A stretch of 64,000 nucleotides of DNA, from positions 11,422-75,421 of the IMG/VR virus record IMGVR_UViG_3300031552_000003; one strand, written 5' to 3'. Positions 9,911 to 19,173 of the stretch are shown one piece after another. The DNA is from a virus. Position numbers and translations under genes: made by a program. The notes under the pieces were generated by a model. That model did not search any database and was not told where the DNA came from. It worked only from the letters and a program-made list of their open reading frames with translations. The stretch's first letter is position 1. The number at the start of each line of letters is the position of its first letter.

Positions 9911-10641
9911 TGTTTGATTTTATTCAAGGGGAGAAGTTTGAAAGTTTAGCAGATGGAAAAAACATTTTCTATTGTCATACGCATGATATTAAAGAATTTT
10001 TAAAAAAACATACAAATACTCCACCTTATATTTTAATTACGCATAATAGTGATAATTGCATTGATTTTAATGCCCCGGACAATGTTATTAAATGGTATGC
10101 ACAAAATGTAAATATAATTGACCCTAAAATAGAATCTTTACCTATTGGTCTTGAAAATGCTAAATGGTTGAAGCGTATTCCTAAGATTAAAAAAATGGAA
10201 GAGAAACTTTTACAACCAAGAAAATATAGGAATCTTTTATATGTAAATCATACAATAGCACATAATCCGGAACATAGATATAAACCATATCAAATATTTA
10301 AGAATAAAACATGGGTTACGATGCAATATGGGCATAATGGAAAAGATTTTGATACATATCTTGATAATTTGTATAATCATAATTTTACTATTTCTCCACA
10401 GGGAAATGGGATAGATTGTCCGCGAACCTGGGAATGTTTGTATATGGGGACGGTCCCAATTGAAAAAAGAAATATAAATAATCAATTTTATACAGACTTA
10501 CCAATATGTTTTGTAGATGATTGGGAGGAAGTAACTGAGGATTTTTTAGTATCAGAATACATAAGAATAAAAACTGGTAAATGGAATATGGATAAATTGA
10601 ATTTTGAATATTGGAAAAACAAAATATTTAACTACGTATGA
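9910..10641 (+). CDS. Exostosin/GT47-like glycosyltransferase
   Basis: ISPQGNGIDCPRTWECLYMGTVP motif. Confidence 0.7.
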   Translation: MFDFIQGEKFESLADGKNIFYCHTHDIKEFLKKHTNTPPYILITHNSDNCIDFNAPDNVIKWYAQNVNIIDPKIESLPIGLENAKWLKRIPKIKKMEEKLLQPRKYRNLLYVNHTIAHNPEHRYKPYQIFKNKTWVTMQYGHNGKDFDTYLDNLYNHNFTISPQGNGIDCPRTWECLYMGTVPIEKRNINNQFYTDLPICFVDDWEEVTEDFLVSEYIRIKTGKWNMDKLNFEYWKNKIFNYV

Positions 10642-11705
10642 AAATAATTGTTATTGGTGCAGGAATATTTGGGATTACAATAGCTTTGGAATTATCTAAA
10701 AAGTATAAGGATATTACTTTAGTGGATATGAATAATGATATTATGCAAAATGCATCAAAAGTAAATCATAATAGATTGCATTTCGGTTTCCATTATCCCA
10801 GAAGTAAAACAACTGCTGTGCAAAGTTTGGACGGGTATAAATTATTTCATGATTGTTTTAGTAATGCTATAACTTCTGATTTTGAAAATTATTATATGAT
10901 TGAAAAAAATAGTTATGTTAATAGTGAAAATTATGAACATTTTTGTGATGATTTACATTTGATATATAAAAAACAATCTCCTAAGTTAGATATAAATTTT
11001 GATAGGGTTGAATCTTCTTATTTAACAAATGAACCTATTTTTGATTATGATTTAATAAAGTTGAAATTAGATAAAGATTTGAAATGTTCAGGAATTAAAC
11101 TTCTTTTGAATAAGAGAATAACAAATAAAAAAGATTTAGAAGGATATGATGTAGTTATTAATACTACTTATTTTAATATTAATAAAATAAAAGGTATTTT
11201 AGATTTACCACAAACTAAATTAAAATTACAAACAGTAATCATTCCAATTTTTAAGTATAAAGCACATAAGGTGGGATTAACTATAATGGATGGAAAGTTT
11301 TGTAGTATTATGCCAAAAGGGTTTAATGATAACACATTTTTATTATACCATGTTAAAGAATCAGTTGTATATCAAACAGAAAATATGGAGATTCCGAAAA
11401 TATGGTATTATGGAAAAGAAATTATAAAAAATAATTTTTTGAAAAAGCATGTGTATGATAATGTTATAGTTAAACATCAAGTTAATAAAATAGTGAAGGA
11501 ATCTCAAAAATATTTTAGATTTATTGAAAATTGTGATTTTGTGGATTATTGGCAAACTGTAAGGGCTTTACCAATTAATGATGATGATGAGAGATTAAGT
11601 ATATTTGATATATTAGAACAAAATAATCAGAAAATTGTATCTGTATTGTCTGGCAAAATATCAACTTGTTTATTAATTGCAAATAATATATCTAAATTGA
11701 TATGA
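10638..11705 (+). CDS. FAD-dependent oxidoreductase (DAO-like)
   Basis: IGAGIFG dinucleotide-binding motif; NRLHFGFHYPRS; SGKIST. Confidence 0.85.
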   Translation: MKIIVIGAGIFGITIALELSKKYKDITLVDMNNDIMQNASKVNHNRLHFGFHYPRSKTTAVQSLDGYKLFHDCFSNAITSDFENYYMIEKNSYVNSENYEHFCDDLHLIYKKQSPKLDINFDRVESSYLTNEPIFDYDLIKLKLDKDLKCSGIKLLLNKRITNKKDLEGYDVVINTTYFNINKIKGILDLPQTKLKLQTVIIPIFKYKAHKVGLTIMDGKFCSIMPKGFNDNTFLLYHVKESVVYQTENMEIPKIWYYGKEIIKNNFLKKHVYDNVIVKHQVNKIVKESQKYFRFIENCDFVDYWQTVRALPINDDDERLSIFDILEQNNQKIVSVLSGKISTCLLIANNISKLI

Positions 11706-12451
11706 TGAATAGTATTTTATTTGGTAATGGGTATTGGGCTAATATAGTTAAAGAGAAGATTGTTAGTTTGACGAATTTAGTATTAATTGTGGATTCAAAA
11801 ACTGATATTAGTATTTGGAATAAGATTAATGTGGATATAGCTTTTGTTTGTTCATCAACTTCAAGTCATTATGATATAGTTAAAAAATGTTTGGATAACA
11901 ATATTAAATATATCTTTTGTACAAAACCATTTACAGGGGATTATAAGAAAGCTAAAGAATTATTTAGTATAGCAAATCGAAAAGGAATTTTTATTTTTAT
12001 TGATAATCTATTTTTATATAGAAAAGAAATTATTGATATTAAATTAAAAAATATACAAAATTTTGTTTTTCATTGGGAGAAACCACATAAAATAAACATG
12101 GAAAGCATATATGATAGTTTACTTTATCATGATTTATATTTATTGTTAAAATGGAGTAAGTCTAAAAAATGGAAGGTTATTTTTGTTGATAGATATGATG
12201 ATTCATTATATCTATACATGATTAATGAATATTATCAAACTTGTTATTTTGAGTATAATATAAGTGGAAGAAAAAATAAATGGATCATATTTGGTGATTT
12301 TGTTGTAAATTTAACAACAACAAAACAAGATTCATTAAAAGAGTGTATTATTGATATGTTGCAAGGTGATATAGATTTTGATTCAAATAAAAAGGTAACA
12401 TTAGATACTTTGAAATTGTTAAATTTTATTCAAAAAAACCATGATAAATGA
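11702..12451 (+). CDS. Gfo/Idh/MocA-family NAD(P) oxidoreductase
   Basis: GNGYWA; HYDIV; IFCTKP (EKP variant); HDLY. Confidence 0.7.
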   Translation: MMNSILFGNGYWANIVKEKIVSLTNLVLIVDSKTDISIWNKINVDIAFVCSSTSSHYDIVKKCLDNNIKYIFCTKPFTGDYKKAKELFSIANRKGIFIFIDNLFLYRKEIIDIKLKNIQNFVFHWEKPHKINMESIYDSLLYHDLYLLLKWSKSKKWKVIFVDRYDDSLYLYMINEYYQTCYFEYNISGRKNKWIIFGDFVVNLTTTKQDSLKECIIDMLQGDIDFDSNKKVTLDTLKLLNFIQKNHDK

Positions 12452-13022
12452 TAAATATGTTGATTTATTAAAAGATGAGTATAAGCAATCGTATTTATTA
12501 TATAAAAAAGGCTTATTAAAATTAGAAGCTTGGAGTTCTCATCAACCTTTGTTAATCCATGTTTTAAATACAATTAAAAGTGGGGATGTTTTAGAATTTG
12601 GTACAGGATATAATAGCACTCCAATAATGCATATCATTTGTGCATTTCAACAACGAAAATTGTTATCAATTGAAACAAATAAAAAATGGGTAGAAAAATC
12701 ATTGAAATGGAGAAATATTAATCATGTAATTGAATTAGTTTCTTCTAAAGAAATATTAAAACATTCTCTTTTTAGACATAAATTTTCAATAGCTTTTATT
12801 GATGGTGCCCCGGCGGAGGTTCGTCAACCTTTTTTAGAAAAAGTACAAGCAGATTATCTTATTGTACATGATACAGAATGTGTAGTAAGAGGAATTAAAA
12901 ATGTATATGGTTATGATTTTTCTATGTTTAAACATGTTTATCATTTTAAAAAAGATTCTACTATGACTACATTATTAAGTAATTTGGATAAAATTGATAA
13001 AGATTTATTAACTATATTTTAA
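12441..13022 (+). CDS. Class I SAM-dependent methyltransferase
   Basis: VLEFGTGYNST, AFIDG, IVHDTE motifs. Confidence 0.75.
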   Translation: MINDKYVDLLKDEYKQSYLLYKKGLLKLEAWSSHQPLLIHVLNTIKSGDVLEFGTGYNSTPIMHIICAFQQRKLLSIETNKKWVEKSLKWRNINHVIELVSSKEILKHSLFRHKFSIAFIDGAPAEVRQPFLEKVQADYLIVHDTECVVRGIKNVYGYDFSMFKHVYHFKKDSTMTTLLSNLDKIDKDLLTIF

Positions 13023-13027
13023 AAAGT

Positions 13028-14203
13028 ATGATTCCATTGATGCGAAATACATTTTTAAATGAATGTGATACTAAACAAGCTCTTGCAAAATTTATTATAG
13101 GAGCGGAAGTATTAAGCATGAATATTCAATGCAAGTCTTTTGAAATAGCTTTTGCTCAAAAGCAAAACAGGGATGAAGCCATTCTTTTTAATAGTGGAGG
13201 GAGTGCTAATTTAGCTTTGTTGCAATCTTTAAAGAATTTAGGTCGAATTAAAGAAGGGGATAAAATAGGGTTTTCTGCATTGACTTGGGCGACAAATGTG
13301 ATGCCTATCATACAAATGGGATTTGTTCCGGTGGCAATAGATTGTGAGGTGAATACATTAAATATAAGTCCAGAACAATTATTATCTGTTATAAAAAATA
13401 TAGATTTAAAAGTATTATTTCTTACAAATGTATTAGGGTTTATAGATAATATTAATGGTATTAAAAATATTTGTGATGAGTGGGGGATTATTTTACTTGA
13501 AGATAATTGTGAAGCATTAGGGACTGAGACTATATATGGAAAAACAGGTAATTTTGGAATTGCCTCTACTTTTTCTTTCTTTGTAGCTCACCATATGTCA
13601 ACTATTGAAGGGGGGATGGTTTGTACTGACAATGAAGAGTTAACCGAAATGTTAAAAATAGTACGTGCGAATGGGTGGGATAGAAATCTTTCAATTAAGC
13701 AACAAAGAAAATGGAGAGAAAAGTTTGATATAAAATCTGAATTTGATGCAAAATATACTTTTTATGATTTAGGATATAATTTAAGGCCTACTGAAATAAC
13801 AGGTTTTTTAGGTTGTTTACAATTGGAATGTTTGAATGATAGTATTAGTAAGCGAGAAATGAATTATTTATTAATTGAAGATACAATAAAGGAAAATAAT
13901 GATTTTATAAATATTAAGCATGATCATATTGTTCAATTATCACCATTTGCAATTCCAATAATTTGTAAAACCCCTGAATTAAAAAAGAAATATTTATCCA
14001 AATGTTTTGATTCGGGAATTGAAACCAGGCCAATGATTGCTGGAAACATGCAAAATCAACCATTCTATAAAAAATATGTAAAACAAACGTATAATTTACC
14101 AAACAGTGATTTTTTACATAATAATAGTTTTTATTGTGGAAACTATCCTGAGATGACAAAAGAAGATTTAAAAATAATAAAAGATGTTTTAATCAAAAAC
14201 TAA
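13028..14203 (+). CDS. colD: DegT/DnrJ-family PLP enzyme, ColD-like GDP-4-keto-6-deoxymannose 3-dehydratase
   Basis: NSGGSANL, LEDNCEALG, SFFVAHHMSTIEGG (His where aminotransferases have the Schiff-base Lys), RANGWDRNL, GYNLRP; no Fe-S Cys cluster. Confidence 0.78.
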   Translation: MIPLMRNTFLNECDTKQALAKFIIGAEVLSMNIQCKSFEIAFAQKQNRDEAILFNSGGSANLALLQSLKNLGRIKEGDKIGFSALTWATNVMPIIQMGFVPVAIDCEVNTLNISPEQLLSVIKNIDLKVLFLTNVLGFIDNINGIKNICDEWGIILLEDNCEALGTETIYGKTGNFGIASTFSFFVAHHMSTIEGGMVCTDNEELTEMLKIVRANGWDRNLSIKQQRKWREKFDIKSEFDAKYTFYDLGYNLRPTEITGFLGCLQLECLNDSISKREMNYLLIEDTIKENNDFINIKHDHIVQLSPFAIPIICKTPELKKKYLSKCFDSGIETRPMIAGNMQNQPFYKKYVKQTYNLPNSDFLHNNSFYCGNYPEMTKEDLKIIKDVLIKN

Positions 14204-14207
14204 GAGT

Positions 14208-15146
14208 ATGAATATTGATAGTAAAATATTAGTAACAGGTTGTCAGGGAATGACTGGTTGGGCAGTTATAAGAGAATTGAATAGGCAGGGATATGTAAAT
14301 ATTTATTGTGTTGACAGAGTTGATTGTGATTTATTAGATCAAAAGAGAGTATTAACTCTTTTTGAAAAAATAAGACCAGAATATGTTTTTCATATAGCAG
14401 GAAAAGTAGGAAGTATTTATGCAAATGATACTCAAAGTGGGGATTTTATTTATGAAAATCTTGTAATGCAATGTAATGTTATTGAATCTGCAAAATTATA
14501 CAATGTAACGAAACTTTTATTTTGTGGTTCCGCTTGTGTTTATCCAAATTCTGATTCTCAACCTATTAAAGAAGAAGATTTATTAACCGGGCCACTTGAA
14601 AAAACAAATATAGGTTATGCTATTGCTAAAATAGCAGGTGTCATAATGTGTCAAATGTATAATAAGCAACATAGATGTAATTTTATTTCTGCTATACCTG
14701 CAAATATTTATGGGATAGGAGATAACTTTAATTTAACTTCGGCGCATGTGGTACCTGGTTTAATTAATAAATTTCATGAAGCAAAGACAAGTAAAATTTC
14801 AAGTGTGGAAGTTTGGGGGACGGGGGAAGCTTGTAGAGAATTTATTTATGTGGATGACCTTGCGAAAGGTTTAGTTCATATAATGAATAATTATGATAAT
14901 TCAGAAGTTATTAATATAGGCACGGGTATTAGTATTCAGATTAAAGATATTGTTAGAATTATAAAAGATGTTGTAGGATACACAGGTGAAATAATTTATA
15001 ATAATAATTTTGAAGGTGTCCGGGATCGTTGTTTAGATATAACTAAAATAAAAAGTCTTGGATGGGAAGCTAAGACTGATTTTAGAGAAGGTATAAAAAA
15101 TGTTTATGATTGGTATGTTAATAATTATACTTTTTTAAGAAAATGA
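14208..15146 (+). CDS. fcl: GDP-L-fucose synthase / ColC-like epimerase-reductase
   Basis: TGCQGMTG, GSACVYP, YAIAK (YxxxK), PANIYG, HVVPGLI, WGTG..REFIYVDD. Confidence 0.9.
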   Translation: MNIDSKILVTGCQGMTGWAVIRELNRQGYVNIYCVDRVDCDLLDQKRVLTLFEKIRPEYVFHIAGKVGSIYANDTQSGDFIYENLVMQCNVIESAKLYNVTKLLFCGSACVYPNSDSQPIKEEDLLTGPLEKTNIGYAIAKIAGVIMCQMYNKQHRCNFISAIPANIYGIGDNFNLTSAHVVPGLINKFHEAKTSKISSVEVWGTGEACREFIYVDDLAKGLVHIMNNYDNSEVINIGTGISIQIKDIVRIIKDVVGYTGEIIYNNNFEGVRDRCLDITKIKSLGWEAKTDFREGIKNVYDWYVNNYTFLRK

Positions 15147-15820
15147 GCACAATAAAAACTATAGTATTAGTATTAAGAAGTGGAAAGGATTTTTCCATGA
15201 GTGATGTAGAATTGATTAATAGACATATTAATATTAAATGGCAATCAGAAGAAAAATTTCGTGTAATTTGTTTATGGGATAAGGCTACCCAACATTATAA
15301 ATTAGGCAATTTGGAATTGATTCCATTGAAAAATAATTACCCGGGCACGTGGTCTCGTATGCAATTATATAGTCCTGAAATGGAACAATATCGTCCTTTT
15401 TTATATATAGACTTGGATACAGCAATTATTACTTCTATTAAAAATATTTTTGATTTGGTAAAAGATGAATCAAAATTTATTACACTTGAAGATTTTTGGC
15501 AAAAGAGACAATTAGCTACAGGCTTAGTTTGGTTTCCAAATAATTCACAAAAAATAAAACATGTGTGGGATATATGGATAAAAGAACACCAAACAAGAGG
15601 GTCAAGAATGGATATGTTTTTACGTAAACATATTGAAGCAGATATTTTTTGGCAGCAATTAACAGATTTAATTGTTGATTTTAAACCAAAAAACAGACAA
15701 CTTGTAACTAAATTGCCAAAAGATGTTAATTTGGTATGTTTTCATGGTAAACCACGGGTACATCAAGCTATAAATATTGCATGGGTAAATGATTATGTAA
15801 ATTATGAATTATGCGTGTAA
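15143..15820 (+). CDS. GT-A (GT8-like) glycosyltransferase
   Basis: LYIDLDT (DxD) and VCFHGKPR motifs. Confidence 0.75.
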   Translation: MSTIKTIVLVLRSGKDFSMSDVELINRHINIKWQSEEKFRVICLWDKATQHYKLGNLELIPLKNNYPGTWSRMQLYSPEMEQYRPFLYIDLDTAIITSIKNIFDLVKDESKFITLEDFWQKRQLATGLVWFPNNSQKIKHVWDIWIKEHQTRGSRMDMFLRKHIEADIFWQQLTDLIVDFKPKNRQLVTKLPKDVNLVCFHGKPRVHQAINIAWVNDYVNYELCV

Positions 15821-16425
15821 GTATTATAATCCCATATAAAGAAGATAGAGGATGGTTAAAAAAAGCTGTTAAGAGTGTCCCAAAGAAGAATGTGCAGCTT
15901 ATCCTTAGTCAGGGAGAAGGAAATTGGCCTCAAAATTTTAATAAAGCATTATCACAAGCTGATGGTGATTTAATAAAATTTTTGCATGAAGATGATATGC
16001 TTACACCAAATGCAATTGAAAGTTATATTAAGGCATTTAGAAGCCCGTCATTTAAAGATATTCATTTTGCACATGGGAATGCTTGGGAAATATTTATGTG
16101 CTCAACACGCCCTCCTAAATTGTATATACCAAGAATTGTATTGCCCACATTTGAAAATTTATTAATGCGAAATACTATACATAGTGCTTCTTTGATTTAC
16201 AGAAGGGAAGTATTTGAAAAAATTGGGAATTTAAATGAATCAGAAAATGTATATTCTTTTGAAGAGTATGAATTTAATTTACGTTGTTTAAAAGGAAATT
16301 TGAATATTGGTTATATTAACATACCTTTGGCATATTATCGCCGTCATCCTAAACAAATTATAAGAACTTGTAATATTTCTGAAAGAAAGCAAAACAGGGC
16401 TGAACTTTTAAAAAAATACATATGA
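15811..16425 (+). CDS. GT2 glycosyltransferase
   Basis: VSIIIP, FLHEDD, RREVFEKIG, EEYEF, YYRRH. Confidence 0.9.
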   Translation: MRVSIIIPYKEDRGWLKKAVKSVPKKNVQLILSQGEGNWPQNFNKALSQADGDLIKFLHEDDMLTPNAIESYIKAFRSPSFKDIHFAHGNAWEIFMCSTRPPKLYIPRIVLPTFENLLMRNTIHSASLIYRREVFEKIGNLNESENVYSFEEYEFNLRCLKGNLNIGYINIPLAYYRRHPKQIIRTCNISERKQNRAELLKKYI

Positions 16426-17120
16426 TTAAAGATAATTCAAATATTCCAATTTTTATTACAGGGGCACAGCGTTCTGGAACAACAATCATTGCAAAGATTA
16501 TAGGCATGTGCGATGTTTTTACAGGGGATATATCAGAGATGATGGAAAATGGTTCTATTAAAGAATTAAATACAATATATATTGGTGGAGTTTTAGGAAT
16601 TGATGAAAGGGGGCAATTTCCGTTACCAGATACAAAAGAATTATTAATTCCAATGAATTGGAAAAAATGTGTCCATGATATTTTAGTTGAAGAAGGATAT
16701 GATAAAAATAAGATATGGATGTTTAAAAGCCATGCTATTTGTCAATTATGGCCTATATGGAATCATGCATATCCAAATGCTAAATGGATTATAGTACGCA
16801 GGCGTACTGGTGATATTATTTATTCATGTATGAAAACAGCATATATGAATGCTTTTAAAGATAAGGTAATTCAAAAAGCAGTAGGTGCAAATAATGAACA
16901 GGAAGGTTGGCTTTGGTGGGTACGGCAACATGAAAAATTATTTGTTGAAATGATTGAAGCTGGGTTAAATTGTAAAGTTATTTGGCCTGAGCGTATGGTA
17001 AATGGTGATTATTCCCAGATATATGAGATGCTTGAATGGTTAGGTTTGAAATGGGATGATTCAATTGTAAAAACTATTGATCCGCTTTTATGGAACAGCA
17101 GACAAAAGGAAAGGAAATAA
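16422..17120 (+). CDS. PAPS-dependent sulfotransferase
   Basis: FITGAQRSGTT PSB loop; PNAKWIIVRR...S. Confidence 0.8.
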   Translation: MIKDNSNIPIFITGAQRSGTTIIAKIIGMCDVFTGDISEMMENGSIKELNTIYIGGVLGIDERGQFPLPDTKELLIPMNWKKCVHDILVEEGYDKNKIWMFKSHAICQLWPIWNHAYPNAKWIIVRRRTGDIIYSCMKTAYMNAFKDKVIQKAVGANNEQEGWLWWVRQHEKLFVEMIEAGLNCKVIWPERMVNGDYSQIYEMLEWLGLKWDDSIVKTIDPLLWNSRQKERK

Positions 17121-17123
17121 GAT

Positions 17124-17504
17124 ATGGCAGTAAGGGTGACAGCTGATGAGGTAAAAGAAATAATGGATGGTGTTACATCATCTGATCCTACTATAGAAAT
17201 ATTTATTACAGCAGCAAGTGCTGTAATAGATAATGTATTTACAGGGGATACTGTAATAGGGACAACTTTATTAAAGGAGCTTGAAAGATGGCTTACGGCA
17301 CACATGTTAGCTTCTACTCTTTTTAGAATGTCTGTACAAGAAAAACTTGGCGAAGCTGAAGTAAAATATATGGGAAAATGGGGAGAAAACCTCGCGTCTA
17401 CACCATATGGTCAAATGTTAAAAGTGCTTGATACAACCGGTAAAATAAGCCAATTGGGGAAATCTTCTGCTACTATGTATGCTATAACAAGTTTTGATGA
17501 TTAA
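17124..17504 (+). CDS. Head-tail adaptor (connector)
   Basis: WLTAHML and LASTPYGQ motifs; synteny. Confidence 0.75.
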   Translation: MAVRVTADEVKEIMDGVTSSDPTIEIFITAASAVIDNVFTGDTVIGTTLLKELERWLTAHMLASTLFRMSVQEKLGEAEVKYMGKWGENLASTPYGQMLKVLDTTGKISQLGKSSATMYAITSFDD

Positions 17505-17516
17505 TGAAAAGAAAAT

Positions 17517-17912
17517 ATGAGCATTATCTCTATGATTATTCGTAATTGCAAACAAACCGCTGTATATTGGGGAAATCCGGTTAATGATGGTATGGGTGGG
17601 TTTACTTTTGATGACCCTGTTGAAATTGCTTGTAGATGGGAAAATATAAATGAAATTTTCATAGCTCCTAATGGGGATGAATTGGTTGCAAAATCAATTA
17701 TATATGTTTTACAGGATGTAGATCATGAAGGTTGTTTATATTTAGGCACTTTAGATGATTTATTAGAAAGTGATGGTGAAAGTATAGGAGAATTAGTTCC
17801 AAGCGAAATAGAGGGAGCTCAAATTATAAAAAGATTTGATAAAATACCTGTATTAGGTTCAACTACTGAGTTTTTAAGAAAAGTATATTTAACCAGTAAA
17901 AACATGTGGTAA
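17517..17912 (+). CDS. Head closure / head-tail joining protein
   Basis: QTAVYWG..DGMGG...PVEIACRWE; synteny. Confidence 0.7.
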   Translation: MSIISMIIRNCKQTAVYWGNPVNDGMGGFTFDDPVEIACRWENINEIFIAPNGDELVAKSIIYVLQDVDHEGCLYLGTLDDLLESDGESIGELVPSEIEGAQIIKRFDKIPVLGSTTEFLRKVYLTSKNMW

Positions 17913-18451
17913 TGGCAGGGACATATAGCATAGGAAATACAAAAATAAAAGGGTTTGATGAAGTGATGCATAATCTTAATACTGAGATTCAAAAGATTGA
18001 AGGACGAACTATGGAAGGGTTGATTAGAGCTGCAGCAACAATACGAAAAGATATGGATAAAACACCTCCTTTAATTCCAGTTGATACTGGAAATATGCGG
18101 GCATCGTGGTTTGTTGTAACAGCAAAAGGAAATCAAGAAAATGCCCCTGTTTTTAAAAATACTACTACAAAAAAATTAGCATTATTAAATTCATCATATA
18201 ATGCTGCGGTTTCTGAATCTGAAAGTTTAGTAAAGGCATCAAGTAAAGAAAATCCATTTCTTATAATGGGATTTGGAGCTAATTATACTATGCCTGTACA
18301 TGAGATGTATGTAGGAGGGAGTAAAAATGTTAAAGGGGAGGTTGGTTGGGGAAGAAAAAGTTTAGCAGGTCCAAAGTTTTTCGAATCTGCTGTAAAAAGA
18401 AATAAAGATAAAGTTTTAAAAATAATTGCAGATAAAGCTAAAATAAAATGA
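17906..18451 (+). CDS. HK97 gp10-like tail completion protein
   Basis: PVDTGNMRAS, Y..VHE, KFFESA motifs. Confidence 0.75.
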   Translation: MVMAGTYSIGNTKIKGFDEVMHNLNTEIQKIEGRTMEGLIRAAATIRKDMDKTPPLIPVDTGNMRASWFVVTAKGNQENAPVFKNTTTKKLALLNSSYNAAVSESESLVKASSKENPFLIMGFGANYTMPVHEMYVGGSKNVKGEVGWGRKSLAGPKFFESAVKRNKDKVLKIIADKAKIK

Positions 18452-18649
18452 TTATCTTATTTTAAATGATATGGTCATAGTAAAAGTTTTACCATGTTTT
18501 TCCTTTAAAATAGAGGATTCCTCTAAAAAAGGGCATAAATTTATTAGTTTGTTAAAATTATATTTAGATTTTTTTATATCAGAAAATGTTTCAAAATATT
18601 GTAGTACTTTAATTAAATCTTCTGTGGTTGTTTTTTTATTGTAATGCAT
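18452..18649 (-). CDS. Small antisense moron-like hypothetical protein
   Basis: 65 aa ORF filling the gap in the tail operon, with its own promoter motif upstream. Confidence 0.5.
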   Translation of the reverse strand: MHYNKKTTTEDLIKVLQYFETFSDIKKSKYNFNKLINLCPFLEESSILKEKHGKTFTMTISFKIR

Positions 18650-18671
18650 AATTTTATTTATTAGTATAATA

Positions 18672-18679
18672 CAAATATA
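18672..18679 (-). promoter_or_regulatory. Bacteroidota-type -7 box TATATTTG
   Basis: Matches TAnnTTTG; flanking AT-rich sequence resembles that at 40695. Confidence 0.55.
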
Positions 18680-18735
18680 AATAAAATTTTTAATTTAAAA
18701 ATTAAATTTAATAAAATTTAATAAAATATTTTAAA

Positions 18736-19146
18736 ATGAATATTTCTTCGATTGATATTAAAAATATGCTTGTAGCAGAAAGTTCTTTAGGGCTTATTTT
18801 TGCTACTAATTTATTTATAGGGAAAGAACCTGCAACACCTAAAAATTGTGTAACAATATTTGATACACCAGGTTTTCCAGATGAATTATTATTAACAGGG
18901 AGTGAAAATGGAAATAGTTATCAATACCCATCTGTACAAATACGGGTACGAAATACAAATTATTTGAATGGATGGGATATTATAGAAAGCATAAAGAATA
19001 CATTACATGGCCGGGCAAATGAGACATGGGATGATTCTTTATATTTAATAATTTATTGTTCCAGTGGTCCTGCTTTATTAGACTGGGATGATAGTTCAAA
19101 TGTTCGGTTTATTGTAAATTTTAATATAAATCGGCGGAAAGTTTAA
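18736..19146 (+). CDS. Tail terminator / minor capsid family protein
   Basis: IFDTPG, YPSVQIRVR, FIVNF; precedes tail tube gene. Confidence 0.75.
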   Translation: MNISSIDIKNMLVAESSLGLIFATNLFIGKEPATPKNCVTIFDTPGFPDELLLTGSENGNSYQYPSVQIRVRNTNYLNGWDIIESIKNTLHGRANETWDDSLYLIIYCSSGPALLDWDDSSNVRFIVNFNINRRKV

Positions 19147-19173
19147 TTTAAATTTAAAAAAGGAGGTAATAAT

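Noticed and set aside
13028-14203. Ordinary sugar aminotransferase (perosamine synthase)
   Set aside because: Catalytic Lys position is His (AHH)
6777-17120. Host O-antigen/capsule locus or misassembly
   Set aside because: No wzx/wzy/wzz or initiating transferase; genes are seamlessly coupled to virion genes on both sides. Read-level confirmation is still advisable
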